A stretch of DNA of 64,000 bases from an uncultured Chloroflexia bacterium (GTDB lineage: Bacteria; Chloroflexota; Limnocylindria; Limnocylindrales; CSP1-4). The notes under the pieces were generated by a model. It was not told the origin of the DNA, made no database searches, and worked only from the letters and a program-made list of their open reading frames with translations. Position 1 is the stretch's first letter, and each line of letters begins with the position of its first letter. The DNA lies in assembly GCA_963754485.1 (NCBI GenBank), contig CAVWFY010000011.1:156833-220832 (forward strand), in the 5' to 3' direction. Both the position numbers and the translations under genes were made by a program. Below are positions 40,444-50,198 of the stretch, piece after piece.

Positions 40444-41988
40444 TCAGGCCGGGAACAGGCCGTGCTTGCGCGGCGGGTTCTGCTGGACCTTGGTGCGCAG
40501 CAGCTCGAGGGCGCGGATCAGCCGCTGGCGCGTCTCGCGGGGCTCGATGACCTCGTCGATCTGGCCCTCGTCCGCTGCCCGGTACGGGTTGAAGAACGCC
40601 TCCCGGTACTCCGCGACGAAGGCGGCCTCGGCGGCGACCGGATCCTCGGCAGCCGCGATCTCACGCCGGAACAGGATCCGGACCGCGGCGTCCGCGCCCA
40701 TCACGGCGATCTGTGCCCCGGGCCAGGCGAACGCGACGTCCGTCCGCATCTGGCGCGAGCTCATCGCCACGTAGGCGCCGCCCATTGCCTTGCGGGTCAC
40801 GATCGAGATCTTGGGGACGGTGGCCTCGCAGTACGCGTAGATGATCTTGGCCCCGTGCCGGATGACGCCCCGGTACTCCTGGTCCGTGCCGGGCAGGAAC
40901 CCGGGACAGTCCACGAACGTGATCACGGGGATGTTGTAGACGTCGCAGATGCGGATGAAGCGGCTGATCTTGTCCGAGGCATCGATGTCCAGCACGCCCG
41001 CCATCACGGACGGCTGGTTGGCGATGATCCCGACGGAGAACCCGTCGAGGCGCCCGAACCCCACCACGGCGTTGGGCGCAAAGGCCGGGTGGATCTCGAG
41101 GAAGCTGTCGCGGTCGAGGATGACGTCCAGGATCTCGCGGACGTCATAGGCCTCCCCCTCGTCCTGCGGGATGAGCGTGTTGAGTTCGTCATCCATCCGG
41201 TTCGCGGGGTCGTACGGGGTGACCTGGGGCGGATCCTCGTTGTTGTTCTGGGGCAGGTAGCCCAGCAGCTGCTTGGCCAGCTCCAGGGCCTGGCGCTCCG
41301 TGTCGGCGACGAGGTGCGCGACCCCGCTGCGGGCGTCGTGGACGTCCGGCCCGCCCAGCTCGTCGATGGTGACCTGCTCCCCGGTCACCGCCTCCACGAC
41401 ATCCGGCCCGGTCAGGAACATGGAGCTCGTGCCGCGGGCCATCACCACGAAGTCCGTGAGTGCCGGGGAGTACACGGCGCCGCCGGCGCAGGGTCCCAGG
41501 ATCAGCGAGATCTGCGGGATGACCCCCGAGGCGAGCACGTTGCGGACGAAGACCTCGCCGTACGCCGCGAGGCTCGCGACGCCCTCCTGGATCCGCGCGC
41601 CGCCCGAGTCGTTGAGGCCGATGAGCGGGATGCCGCTCTCCATGGCGAGGTCGCTGATGCGGCAGATCTTGTTGGCCTGCACCCGGGACATCGACCCACC
41701 GAGGACCGTGAAGTCCTGGGCGAACACGGCGACACGGCGGCCGTTGATCTTGCCGAACCCGGCCACCACGCCGTCACCCGGGAATCGCTGGCGGTCCAGC
41801 CCGAAGGCCGTCTCATCGTGCGTGGCGAGGGCGCCCATCTCCTGAAACGAGCCGTCGTCCAGCAGCAGGGCAAGCCGCTCCCGGGCCGTGAGCTTGCCGC
41901 GCGCGTGCTGGGCCGCGATCCGCTCGGGCCCACCACCCTCCACGGCACGCGCGCGCATGGCCCGGAGGGTGTCGAGATGCTCAGTCAC
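40444..41988 (-). CDS. Carboxyltransferase subunit (methylmalonyl-CoA decarboxylase alpha / propionyl-CoA carboxylase beta family)
   Basis: LIGLNDSGGARIQEGV and NIPVITFVDCPGFLPG motifs; GTG start at 41986-41988; the upstream 450 codons of the ORF are a shadow of pitA. Confidence 0.85.
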   Translation of the reverse strand: MTEHLDTLRAMRARAVEGGGPERIAAQHARGKLTARERLALLLDDGSFQEMGALATHDETAFGLDRQRFPGDGVVAGFGKINGRRVAVFAQDFTVLGGSMSRVQANKICRISDLAMESGIPLIGLNDSGGARIQEGVASLAAYGEVFVRNVLASGVIPQISLILGPCAGGAVYSPALTDFVVMARGTSSMFLTGPDVVEAVTGEQVTIDELGGPDVHDARSGVAHLVADTERQALELAKQLLGYLPQNNNEDPPQVTPYDPANRMDDELNTLIPQDEGEAYDVREILDVILDRDSFLEIHPAFAPNAVVGFGRLDGFSVGIIANQPSVMAGVLDIDASDKISRFIRICDVYNIPVITFVDCPGFLPGTDQEYRGVIRHGAKIIYAYCEATVPKISIVTRKAMGGAYVAMSSRQMRTDVAFAWPGAQIAVMGADAAVRILFRREIAAAEDPVAAEAAFVAEYREAFFNPYRAADEGQIDEVIEPRETRQRLIRALELLRTKVQQNPPRKHGLFPA

Positions 41989-42240
41989 ATGCTGGAGCCT
42001 GCGCCCCTGGGGCGGTTCCGGCCAACGGCCGATCGGCACAGGCGCGGGCCGCGGATGGCGGGGTCGAACCGGGCACCCCGGCGGCGCACTAGGGTCCGAA
42101 CCGCCCCCGGCCGCACAGCCACGCGTTAACGTCCCATGAACGCCGGTATGCTCTGGGGATCGCGGCACTGCGCGATCGGCCCGTCCCCGCCGCTCGTGGA
42201 ACCCCCTCGTCTCAACACGCATTCGAGGCGCACCGGCATC

Positions 42241-43245
42241 GTGGAAGGCATCACGCTCACGCTTCTCCTCACCATCGCGCTCGCCGTCTTCTTCGACTAC
42301 GTCAACGGCTTCCACGACACGGCGAACGCGATCGCGACCTCGGTCGCCACCAAGGCATTGCGCCCGCAATACGCCATCCTGATGGCGGCGGCGTTCAACT
42401 TCATCGGCGCCTTTGCCGGCACCGCGGTCGCCAAGACGATCGGCGCAGGCCTCGTCAACGAAGAGAGCACGACCCAGGCAATCGTGATGGCAGCGCTGAT
42501 CGGCGCCATCGTCTGGAACCTCATCACGTGGAGGCTTGGCCTGCCGAGCTCCAGCAGCCACGCGCTGATCGGCGGGTTGCTGGGCGCGACGATCGTGGGG
42601 GCCGGCTTCGACCAGCTCAATCTGCCGGGCATCTGGAACAAGGTCATCATCCCGCTGGTCACCTCGCCGATCATCGGCTTCACCATCGCGTTCGGGCTGG
42701 TGATCATGCTGTTCTGGATCTTCCGTCGCGTCCGGCGCCGTCCGCTCGCCACGGGCTTCCGCAGGGCGCAAGTCTTCTCGGCCGGCTTCATGGCGTTCGC
42801 CCACGGCTCCAACGATGCCCAGAAGACGATGGGCATCATCACCCTCGCGCTGGTTGCCGCCGGCATCCTGCCCAATGCCGACACCATCCCCTGGGAGGTG
42901 ATCGTTCTTTCTGCCACCACGCTGAGCCTGGGCACCGCAGTCGGCGGCTGGCGGATCATGAAGACGATGGGGCACAAGGTCGTGGATCTTGAACCCATCC
43001 ACGGGTTTGCCGCGGAGACAACCGCGGCCACCGTGATCTACACCGCCGCCCACTTCGGCATGCCGGTCTCGACGACGCACGTCATCTCGAGCGCGATCAT
43101 GGGCGTCGGCTCGAGCAAGGGCGTGAAGGGTGTCCGCTGGGGCGTCGCCCGCAACATCCTCGGCGCCTGGGTGCTCACGTTCCCGGCGACGATGTTCATC
43201 GGGGCGATCTCCTGGTACGTCCTGAACGCGCTCGGCATCAAGTGA
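42241..43245 (+). CDS. pitA: Inorganic phosphate transporter, PiT family
   Basis: Duplicated GxNDxxN(A/T) motifs (GFHDTANAIAT and GSNDAQKTMGI); GTG start taken at VEGITLTLL. Confidence 0.85.
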   Translation: MEGITLTLLLTIALAVFFDYVNGFHDTANAIATSVATKALRPQYAILMAAAFNFIGAFAGTAVAKTIGAGLVNEESTTQAIVMAALIGAIVWNLITWRLGLPSSSSHALIGGLLGATIVGAGFDQLNLPGIWNKVIIPLVTSPIIGFTIAFGLVIMLFWIFRRVRRRPLATGFRRAQVFSAGFMAFAHGSNDAQKTMGIITLALVAAGILPNADTIPWEVIVLSATTLSLGTAVGGWRIMKTMGHKVVDLEPIHGFAAETTAATVIYTAAHFGMPVSTTHVISSAIMGVGSSKGVKGVRWGVARNILGAWVLTFPATMFIGAISWYVLNALGIK

Positions 43246-43312
43246 TCGACTCCGGCGGCCGCCGGCCGCACCAGACCTCAACGACCTGCACGAACAAGCG
43301 AAGGGGACCCCG

Positions 43313-43927
43313 ATGGTGCGACTGATGCCCAAGGACGAGAAGTTCCAGGAGCTGTTCGTCGATTACGCCCAGACCACCCTCGACGCCGCCCGCAAGCTCG
43401 AGGCCATGATCGTCACCTACGACCGGCTCGACGAGCGCGTCGCCGAGATCCGGGCGCTGGAGCACCACGGCGACGAGACCCAGACCGAGGTCGAGGTGCG
43501 CCTCGACCGCTCGTTCATCACGCCGTTCGACCGCGAGGACATCCACGAGCTCGTCTCGCGGATGGACGACGTGCTCGACCGCATCCAGGAGGTCGCCGAG
43601 ACGTTCGTCATCTACGACGTCAAAGAGCCGACCGACGACGCGCGCCGCATGGCGGGCATCCTGTCCGCCCAGGCAGGCCAGCTGAACGAGGCGATCGGGA
43701 AGCTCGAGGGGCTCAAGGGCCTGGAGTCGAACCTCAAGGCGGTCCACGACCTCGAGAACGAGGCAGACGGCCTGTCGCGCGCCGCCGTGGCACGCCTGTT
43801 TCGCGGTGGCCACGAGGCGATCGAGGTCATCAAGTGGCGTGACATCTACACCGCCATGGAGAACATGATCGACTCCGCCGAGGACGTGGGCGAGGTCATG
43901 GAGCGCATCGTCGCCAAGAACGCCTGA
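43313..43927 (+). CDS. DUF47 (PhoU-like, PiT-associated) protein
   Basis: Typical TIGR00153-like sequence; adjacent to pitA. Confidence 0.8.
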   Translation: MVRLMPKDEKFQELFVDYAQTTLDAARKLEAMIVTYDRLDERVAEIRALEHHGDETQTEVEVRLDRSFITPFDREDIHELVSRMDDVLDRIQEVAETFVIYDVKEPTDDARRMAGILSAQAGQLNEAIGKLEGLKGLESNLKAVHDLENEADGLSRAAVARLFRGGHEAIEVIKWRDIYTAMENMIDSAEDVGEVMERIVAKNA

Positions 43928-43951
43928 GGCAGGAGCAGCTGGGCCAGTGCG

Positions 43952-44647
43952 TCAGGCAGGGCGGCGGAACACGTAGCCGACGCCGCGCACCGTCTGCAGC
44001 AGCTCCGGTGCGGCCGGGTCCTGCTCGAGCTCCGCACGGAGCCAGTGCACGTGCACGTCCACGGTTCGCGACTCGCCGGCGTAGTCGTAGCCCCAGACCT
44101 TCTCCAGGAGCTGGTCGCGGGTGAACACCTGCCCCGGGTTGCGCACGAGGAACGCGAGCAGCTCGAACGCCTTGGGCTTGATGGGCACCGCCTGGCCGTC
44201 ACGCAGGACACGGTGACCGGCGAGGTCCACCTGGACCTGGCCCAGATCCACGAACGGCGGCGGGGCCTGCGTCGCGGCCAGCTGCTCGGCGCGGCGGAAG
44301 ATCGCGCGGATGCGGGCGGTGAGCTCACGCAGGCTGAAGGGCTTGGTCACGTAGTCGTCCGCGCCCAGCTCCAGGCCCACGACCTTGTCCACCTCGCCGT
44401 CGCGGGCGGTCAGCATGATGATCGGGACCTGCGACTCCGCGCGGAGAATCCGGCAAACCTCGACACCGGACAGCTCCGGCAGCATGAGGTCGAGGAGCAC
44501 GAGGTCCGGCTGGTCGGCACGGAAGCGGATCAGCGCCTCGCGTCCGTTTGCGGCGGGGATGGCCCGGTAGCCCTCGAGCTCGAGCGCCTCAACGAGGGTC
44601 TCGCGCAGGGTCTTCTCGTCGTCCACGACGAGGATGGTGCGGATCAT
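43952..44647 (-). CDS. OmpR-family response regulator (PhoP/RegX3-like) with a canonical receiver
   Basis: ILVVDDE, LVLLDLMLP, LTAR, K-containing loop and trans_reg_C. Confidence 0.9.
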   Translation of the reverse strand: MIRTILVVDDEKTLRETLVEALELEGYRAIPAANGREALIRFRADQPDLVLLDLMLPELSGVEVCRILRAESQVPIIMLTARDGEVDKVVGLELGADDYVTKPFSLRELTARIRAIFRRAEQLAATQAPPPFVDLGQVQVDLAGHRVLRDGQAVPIKPKAFELLAFLVRNPGQVFTRDQLLEKVWGYDYAGESRTVDVHVHWLRAELEQDPAAPELLQTVRGVGYVFRRPA

Positions 44648-44718
44648 GTGTCTTCACCATGCTGCCCGCCAGTTAACGACGCGTTCACGGCGTGTTCACG
44701 TCCTGTTCCACCGCCTGT

Positions 44719-46215
44719 TCATGCCGACGCGTCCAGGCGGACAATCGCCGCGTCCAGGCGGGCGAGCGTCCGGTCGCGCCCGAGGGCGACCAGCGTGTCG
44801 AACAGGGGCGGCGTGGCGGTCTTGCCGGTCACGGCGACGCGGATCGCCATGAACAGGTCGCCGGCCTTCCAGCCGCGGGTCTCCGCGAGCGCACGGAGCG
44901 GCGGCTCCAGCTCGTCTGCCTCCCATGTGACCGCATCGTGGGCCACGAGGAGCCCCCGGGCGGCGACAAGACCCTCGCGGGTCGTGGCGACGTCCCAGCG
45001 CTTGGGCACGACGGCCGCCGGATCGACCACGAGGTCGTCGATCCAGAGAAAGCCGACCGTGTCCACCAGGGACGCGAGGGTCGGGATGCGCTCGCGTACG
45101 ATCGGCAGCAAGCAGCGGACCTCCTCGGGCGACGGAAGGCGGTCGATCTGGCCGGCAACCTGGGCGGCCTCCAGGAACGGCATCAGGCGCTCGACCAGGT
45201 CGTCGTCGTCAAGGCGGCGGATCCACTGGCCGTTGAGCCACTCGAGGCGCTCGCGGTCGAAGCGGGCGCCGCCCTTGTGCACCTTGTCCAGCTCGAAGCG
45301 CTCGACGATCTCGTCGAGCGTCAGCACGTCCTCCTCGGTGCCCGGGGACCAGCCCAGGAACGAGAAGTAGTTGACCAGCGCCTCGCGCAGGAACCCCTGG
45401 GCGACGTAGTCCGCTACCGCGGTCTGGCTCTTGCGCTTGCTCATCTTCGTCCCGTCCGGGTTGAGGATGAGCGGCAGGTGTCCGAAGACCGGCAGCGGAT
45501 AGCCCAGCGCCTCGAACAGGAGGATGTGCTTGGGCGTGTTGCTGACGTGGTCCTCGCCGCGGATGACGTGGCTGATCTGCATCGCCATGTCGTCGACGAC
45601 CACGGTGAAGTGGTAGAGCGGGTTGCCGTCCGCGCGGACGATGACGAAGTCGCCGCCCAGGTTGGCGGTGTCGATCTCGACACGGTCGCGGACGAGGTCG
45701 TTCCAGCCGACGACGCCGGGGCGGACGCGGAAGCGAAGGGCGCCGCGACGGCCCTCGGCCTCCCTCACGGAGCGCTCGTCCGGGGTCAGCGCCGCGCAGT
45801 GGCCGAGGTAGCGGACCGGCTCCTTCGCGGCCTCCTGGGTCTTGCGGTCAGCGTCGAGCTGCTCGGGGGTGCAGTAGCAGGGGTACGCCGCGTCCTGCTC
45901 CAGCAGGTCGCGAGCGGCTGCCGCGTAGTCGCCGAGGCGGGCCATCTGCCGATAGGGCGCGTACGGGCCCGCCTCCTCGACGCCGGCCACGCCCGGGCCC
46001 TCGTCCCACGTGATCCCCAGCCAGTGAAGGCCGTCCAGGATGTCCTTCTCGAAGGCCGCGGTGCTGCGGGCGACGTCCGTGTCCTCGAGGCGCAGGACGA
46101 ACGTGCCGCCGGTGTGCCGGGCGAACAGGAAGTTGAACAGCGCCGTGCGCGCGGTGCCGATGTGAAGGGGTCCGGTCGGGCTGGGCGCGATGCGGACGCG
46201 GATGTCGGAGGGCAT
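44719..46215 (-). CDS. gltX: Glutamyl-tRNA synthetase
   Basis: HIGTAR (HIGH) and KMSKR (KMSKS) motifs; start taken at MPSDIRVRIAPSPTG. Confidence 0.9.
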   Translation of the reverse strand: MPSDIRVRIAPSPTGPLHIGTARTALFNFLFARHTGGTFVLRLEDTDVARSTAAFEKDILDGLHWLGITWDEGPGVAGVEEAGPYAPYRQMARLGDYAAAARDLLEQDAAYPCYCTPEQLDADRKTQEAAKEPVRYLGHCAALTPDERSVREAEGRRGALRFRVRPGVVGWNDLVRDRVEIDTANLGGDFVIVRADGNPLYHFTVVVDDMAMQISHVIRGEDHVSNTPKHILLFEALGYPLPVFGHLPLILNPDGTKMSKRKSQTAVADYVAQGFLREALVNYFSFLGWSPGTEEDVLTLDEIVERFELDKVHKGGARFDRERLEWLNGQWIRRLDDDDLVERLMPFLEAAQVAGQIDRLPSPEEVRCLLPIVRERIPTLASLVDTVGFLWIDDLVVDPAAVVPKRWDVATTREGLVAARGLLVAHDAVTWEADELEPPLRALAETRGWKAGDLFMAIRVAVTGKTATPPLFDTLVALGRDRTLARLDAAIVRLDASA

Positions 46216-46320
46216 GTCCCGATTGTAGGGCGGGCTGTCTCGGATCCCGCCCGGGCCAGGCGCCGCCCAGCGGCTCCGGCGGCCCGCCGGTCCGGGCGGA
46301 TCGCGTGGCTTGGGCAGCCT

Positions 46321-46490
46321 CGTGCGTCGCATGCACGATTCCCGGCTCGAAACGTCGTGGGCGTGCGTGCCATGCGCGCCGACGACGTCTGCTGGGGCTG
46401 AACGAGGACGCAACGTGGCGTCGCCATGCGCCCCATGCACGAAGGGCTCACCCAGGCCCCGAGAAGATGCGTCGGACGCATGCAGCTGCC
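46321..46490. repeat. Cluster of five [GC]CATGC[AG] motifs in the 340-nt gltX leader
   Basis: cgcatgcacga, gccatgcgcgcc, gccatgcgcc, ccatgcacga, gcatgcag read directly. Confidence 0.3.
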
Positions 46491-46552
46491 GGGAGCTGCC
46501 GGGGGTCCCGGCACGGGGCGTCCGAACCCCGGTCGGAAGGTCGGTGCCCGGG

Positions 46553-47287
46553 TCAGCCGCCCAGCGGTTCCGGCACGCGGTGGAACAGCGCGGTGTCGGC
46601 CTCACCGGGGATCACGCGGATGAGCGCCGCGGGCCGCAGCCCGAGCGTCGCGCGTCCGCGGGGGCCGTCGAGCGTCAGCGAGTCAAGCGACTCCGACCTC
46701 GACAGGATCGTCACGTGCGCACCCGGGGTCAGGGCCCTCGCCTCGAGGTAGGACAGCAGCCCGGGATCCTCCTCGGCCTCCTCGGTGATCCGCAGCACGG
46801 TGGCCCGGGAACCTGACTCCAGCTCCGAGAGCGGCACGCCGGACGGTCGGCGGCGAGCGGTCTCGAGGTCGATCGGGTTGCCGTGTGGGCAGGTCTCGGG
46901 GTGGCCCAGCAACTCGTCCAGCCTCGACTCGACCCGCGGCGAGAGCGCGCCCTGGAGCCGCATCGCCTCGACGTCGCTCTCGGCCCACGACAGCCCCACG
47001 ACGGAGGTGAGCAGCCACTCCAGCAGCGCATGTCGACGGAAGATGGCATCAGCGGCCGCACGTCCCGCGGTGGTCAGCACGAGCCCGCGACCTGTGGAGG
47101 GTTCAAGCAGCCCATCGCTTGCAAGGCGGCGGCACATCTCGCTCGCCGCCTGCGTGGACACCCCGACGTGGCGCCCGAGCTGGGCGGAGGTGGCCACGCG
47201 CCCATCGGAGCCCATTACCCGCAGGGCGAGGAGGTACTCCTGGGCGGCGGCGCTGATGTCGGCGGCGTCGGTGCGGCGCATGACCAC
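46553..47287 (-). CDS. DtxR/IdeR/MntR-family metal-dependent repressor with C-terminal FeoA/SH3-like domain
   Basis: HTH plus metal-binding core plus C-terminal SH3-like region. Confidence 0.8.
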   Translation of the reverse strand: MVMRRTDAADISAAAQEYLLALRVMGSDGRVATSAQLGRHVGVSTQAASEMCRRLASDGLLEPSTGRGLVLTTAGRAAADAIFRRHALLEWLLTSVVGLSWAESDVEAMRLQGALSPRVESRLDELLGHPETCPHGNPIDLETARRRPSGVPLSELESGSRATVLRITEEAEEDPGLLSYLEARALTPGAHVTILSRSESLDSLTLDGPRGRATLGLRPAALIRVIPGEADTALFHRVPEPLGG

Positions 47288-47348
47288 AGTCTACGCGGCG
47301 ACATCCCGGCCGCCGGAGCCGGCATGGATGGGAGCGGCCGCAGATCGC

Positions 47349-48044
47349 CTATCCGTCGTCGCCGGTGTCGCGGGGATCCTCGCCGGTGGCGCGGGGATCG
47401 TCGGGTGGACTCGGTTCGGCAGCCGGCCCACCGGAGACGGCCCCAGGTGCGGCGCGCCTGGCGCGCTCGAGGTACTCCGGGCCGTGCTTGCGGGGGTCCG
47501 CGTACTCGCGCGGGTTGAGGGTCCAGTAGGTCCCGGACGACGGCCCGTACCAGGCGCCGCCGTCCCACTCCGGATCGAGCGGGGTCTCGGCGGCTTCGTC
47601 ATACGTCGTCGACCCTGGGGTTGCCTTGCGCGGACCCCGCCTCGCGTGGGACCGCGGGCCCGGGCCGGCGGTCCCAGCTGAACCCGTCGCCCCACCGCGT
47701 CCCGGCGCACCATCCGAGCCAGCGGCACGTCCACTGCCCCCCGCCGCCCGGGAGCGTGTCGCCCCGCCGCTCCCCGACCGCCGCGCGCGCCATGCGTCCC
47801 GCGACGCGCGTGGCCGGCCCGGGGCCTCGGGCGACGGATCGATCCCCGCCGGACGCAACCGGCCCTCGCCGTCCACGAGCCGCTCGTACGCGGCCTGGAT
47901 CGCCAGGAACCGGGGCAACGCGCGTTCACCTGCCGCGTCGGGGTGGTACTTCTTCGCGAGCCGCCGGTACGCCGACTTGATCTCGTTCAGGGAGGCACCT
48001 GGCGAAACGCCGAGCGTGAGGTGCGGGTCTCCCTGGGACGACAT
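47349..48044 (-). CDS. J-domain protein with Gly/Arg-rich disordered region
   Basis: LTLGVSPGASLNEIKSAYRRLAKKYHPD (HPD motif) followed by a low-complexity GR/GS tract. Confidence 0.6.
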   Translation of the reverse strand: MSSQGDPHLTLGVSPGASLNEIKSAYRRLAKKYHPDAAGERALPRFLAIQAAYERLVDGEGRLRPAGIDPSPEAPGRPRASRDAWRARRSGSGGATRSRAAGGSGRAAGSDGAPGRGGATGSAGTAGPGPRSHARRGPRKATPGSTTYDEAAETPLDPEWDGGAWYGPSSGTYWTLNPREYADPRKHGPEYLERARRAAPGAVSGGPAAEPSPPDDPRATGEDPRDTGDDG

Positions 48045-48098
48045 TGCGGGCGCCTCCGTCGGCTCGCTGCGGTGATCCGGGCGCCCGGCTCGCGAGCG

Positions 48099-49235
48099 TC
48101 AGCCGATGAGCTCGCCCACCGGCGCGAGCTCGAACGCGGGCATCGTCTCGGCCGCGACCCGGCCGTGGGGGTCCAGGCTGGGAGGGCGGTGATATCGGGC
48201 GAGCACCCGGAGCTCCTGGCCCTCGAGGACTCCGACCTGGCGGAGCGCCTCGACGGTGGCGGACCACGTGGCTCGCTCGTACCCGTCTCCGTCTTCGATC
48301 TTGAGGGCCAGTCCGGATGCCGGCGAGCCCGACCCGCGGGCGCCGGCCAGGATGCCCACGCCTCGCAGGGCCTCCATGCCGCTCTTGGAGATCACCCGCC
48401 CCGGCGCCGCCTTCATCAACGATGTGTCCAGCCGGTCCCGGTTGCCGGCCACGAGCTCCGGGTGGGCGAGCATCGCGTCACGGACGTGGTGCAGGTGCTT
48501 GGCGAGAGGCGCGCGCGGGTCCGCGGACGGGATCGCCCCGGGATCCGCGAGCATGGCATATGCCCGCGCGACGTCACGGAGCGGGAACGCGTAGGTCAGC
48601 ACGCCACAGCCATCGAGACCGGTGACCAGGCGCGCGTTGGGTACCCCGAACACATCAGCGATGGTCTCGCGGTAGGCGGCCTGCGCCGGGTGGTCCTCCT
48701 GCCAGTAGGTCTCGGGGTCCCAGCCGCCCAGCTTGGCGAGCAGCAGGAACACCGAGTGCTGCCCTGAGCACATGTGGCGGACCGGGCTCGGCCGCTCGCC
48801 GTCGCGCGCGAGGCGCGCCGCGGTCAGGACGTCCAGCGGCGATCCCTCGGTGCCACAGGCGAGCATCGTCTGCGCCACGCCGATGCGGCGGTACAGCGCC
48901 TGGAGCGTCCGGACGTGCAGGTCCTCGCCCGAGTGGCTCGACGCCATCACCGCGAGCTCCTCGGAGGTGAGGTCGAACTCGGCGATGCCGCCGGCCCGGA
49001 GTAGTGCCACCAGGCCGAAGGGCTTGACCGTTGAGCGCAGGTTGACCAGCCGGTCCGGGTCGCCCAGGACGTGGAGCATCCGTCCGCCCGCGTCCACCTC
49101 CACGATGTCGCCGCGCTGGACCGATTCCACCACGCCGTTGCGCACCTGGCGGGCGAGCACGGGCGGCACCGTCCAGCGGGCGGGGCGGGGGGCGGGCGCG
49201 GAGTGGGACGTTCGGCCTGAGTTCCGGGTAGCCAT
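48099..49235 (-). CDS. Asparaginase-II family protein (PF06089-like)
   Basis: Family-typical VESVHRG-like N-terminus (VESVQRGDIVEVDAGGRML) and overall length; start is uncertain (49235 or 49247). Confidence 0.65.
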   Translation of the reverse strand: MATRNSGRTSHSAPAPRPARWTVPPVLARQVRNGVVESVQRGDIVEVDAGGRMLHVLGDPDRLVNLRSTVKPFGLVALLRAGGIAEFDLTSEELAVMASSHSGEDLHVRTLQALYRRIGVAQTMLACGTEGSPLDVLTAARLARDGERPSPVRHMCSGQHSVFLLLAKLGGWDPETYWQEDHPAQAAYRETIADVFGVPNARLVTGLDGCGVLTYAFPLRDVARAYAMLADPGAIPSADPRAPLAKHLHHVRDAMLAHPELVAGNRDRLDTSLMKAAPGRVISKSGMEALRGVGILAGARGSGSPASGLALKIEDGDGYERATWSATVEALRQVGVLEGQELRVLARYHRPPSLDPHGRVAAETMPAFELAPVGELIG

Positions 49236-49421
49236 CGCGCCGAGCATAGCGCGACGGGGGCCGCGCCAGCCATGCCGCGCACGTCAGGCCACGCGACCCG
49301 ACCGGAGCAGGCGACGCGACCCGCCCCGGGCCGCGTCGCCGCGCTAGGATTGGGTCTCGACCGGCGCGTGCGTGCCGCCCGGGCGGCGCACCGCCCGTCA
49401 TGATCAACGCGAGGGATCCCC

Positions 49422-50066
49422 GTGGCGAACTGGCCGAACCTCCACGTGTCGCAGCACCCCGCCGTCCGCCACAAGCTGGGCATCCTGCGGGACGAGACGA
49501 CCGAGCCCAAGAAGTTCCGCGAGGTCGTCCGGGAGCTGTCCTGGCTCCTGGGCTACGAGGCCCTCGCGGACGCCCGCACCCGCCCCCTCGAGATCCGGAC
49601 GCCGATCGAGCTCATGGACGCCGACGAGCTGGCCGACCGGATCGGCTTCATCCCGATCCTGCGCGCCGGCCTGGGCATGGTCGACGCGTTCCTGGAGCTG
49701 ATGCCCACGGCACAGGTCTGGCACCTCGGCCTGTTCCGGGACGAGAAGACGCTGCGCCCGGTCGAGTACTACAACAAGCTTCCGGACACCACCACCGTGG
49801 ACCTGTGCCTGATCCTGGACCCGATGCTCGCGACCGGCGGATCCGCCACGGCGGCCATCGAGGTCCTCAAGAAGTGGGGCGCGGTGCGGATCAAGCTGGT
49901 CAACCTGATCGCGGCCCCCGAGGGCGTCGAGGCGGTCCTCGCCGCGCATCCGGAGGTCGAGATCTACACCGCCGCGCTGGACCGCCAACTGAACGAGAAG
50001 GGCTACATCATGCCCGGGCTCGGCGACGCGGGCGACCGCCAGTTCGGGACGGGCGGCGCGGGCTGA
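49422..50066 (+). CDS. upp: Uracil phosphoribosyltransferase
   Basis: [19 protein letters not shown]-terminus and PRPP loop [11 protein letters not shown]. Confidence 0.9.
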   Translation: MANWPNLHVSQHPAVRHKLGILRDETTEPKKFREVVRELSWLLGYEALADARTRPLEIRTPIELMDADELADRIGFIPILRAGLGMVDAFLELMPTAQVWHLGLFRDEKTLRPVEYYNKLPDTTTVDLCLILDPMLATGGSATAAIEVLKKWGAVRIKLVNLIAAPEGVEAVLAAHPEVEIYTAALDRQLNEKGYIMPGLGDAGDRQFGTGGAG

Positions 50067-50198
50067 CCCTCGCGGCGGCGGATCAGCTCACGAGGCGTAG
50101 AGACGCGCCACCGATGTCCCTGGTGCCGCGCCGAGCGTGAAGAAGACCCCGCGCCGAAGACCAGGCCGAGCACGGTCGGGGCGGAGGAAGGCGATCGT

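Noticed and set aside
41990-43332. N-terminal 450 codons of the 962-aa ORF 40444-43332
   Set aside because: Antisense to the pitA gene; the carboxyltransferase starts at GTG 41988 with the expected N-terminus.
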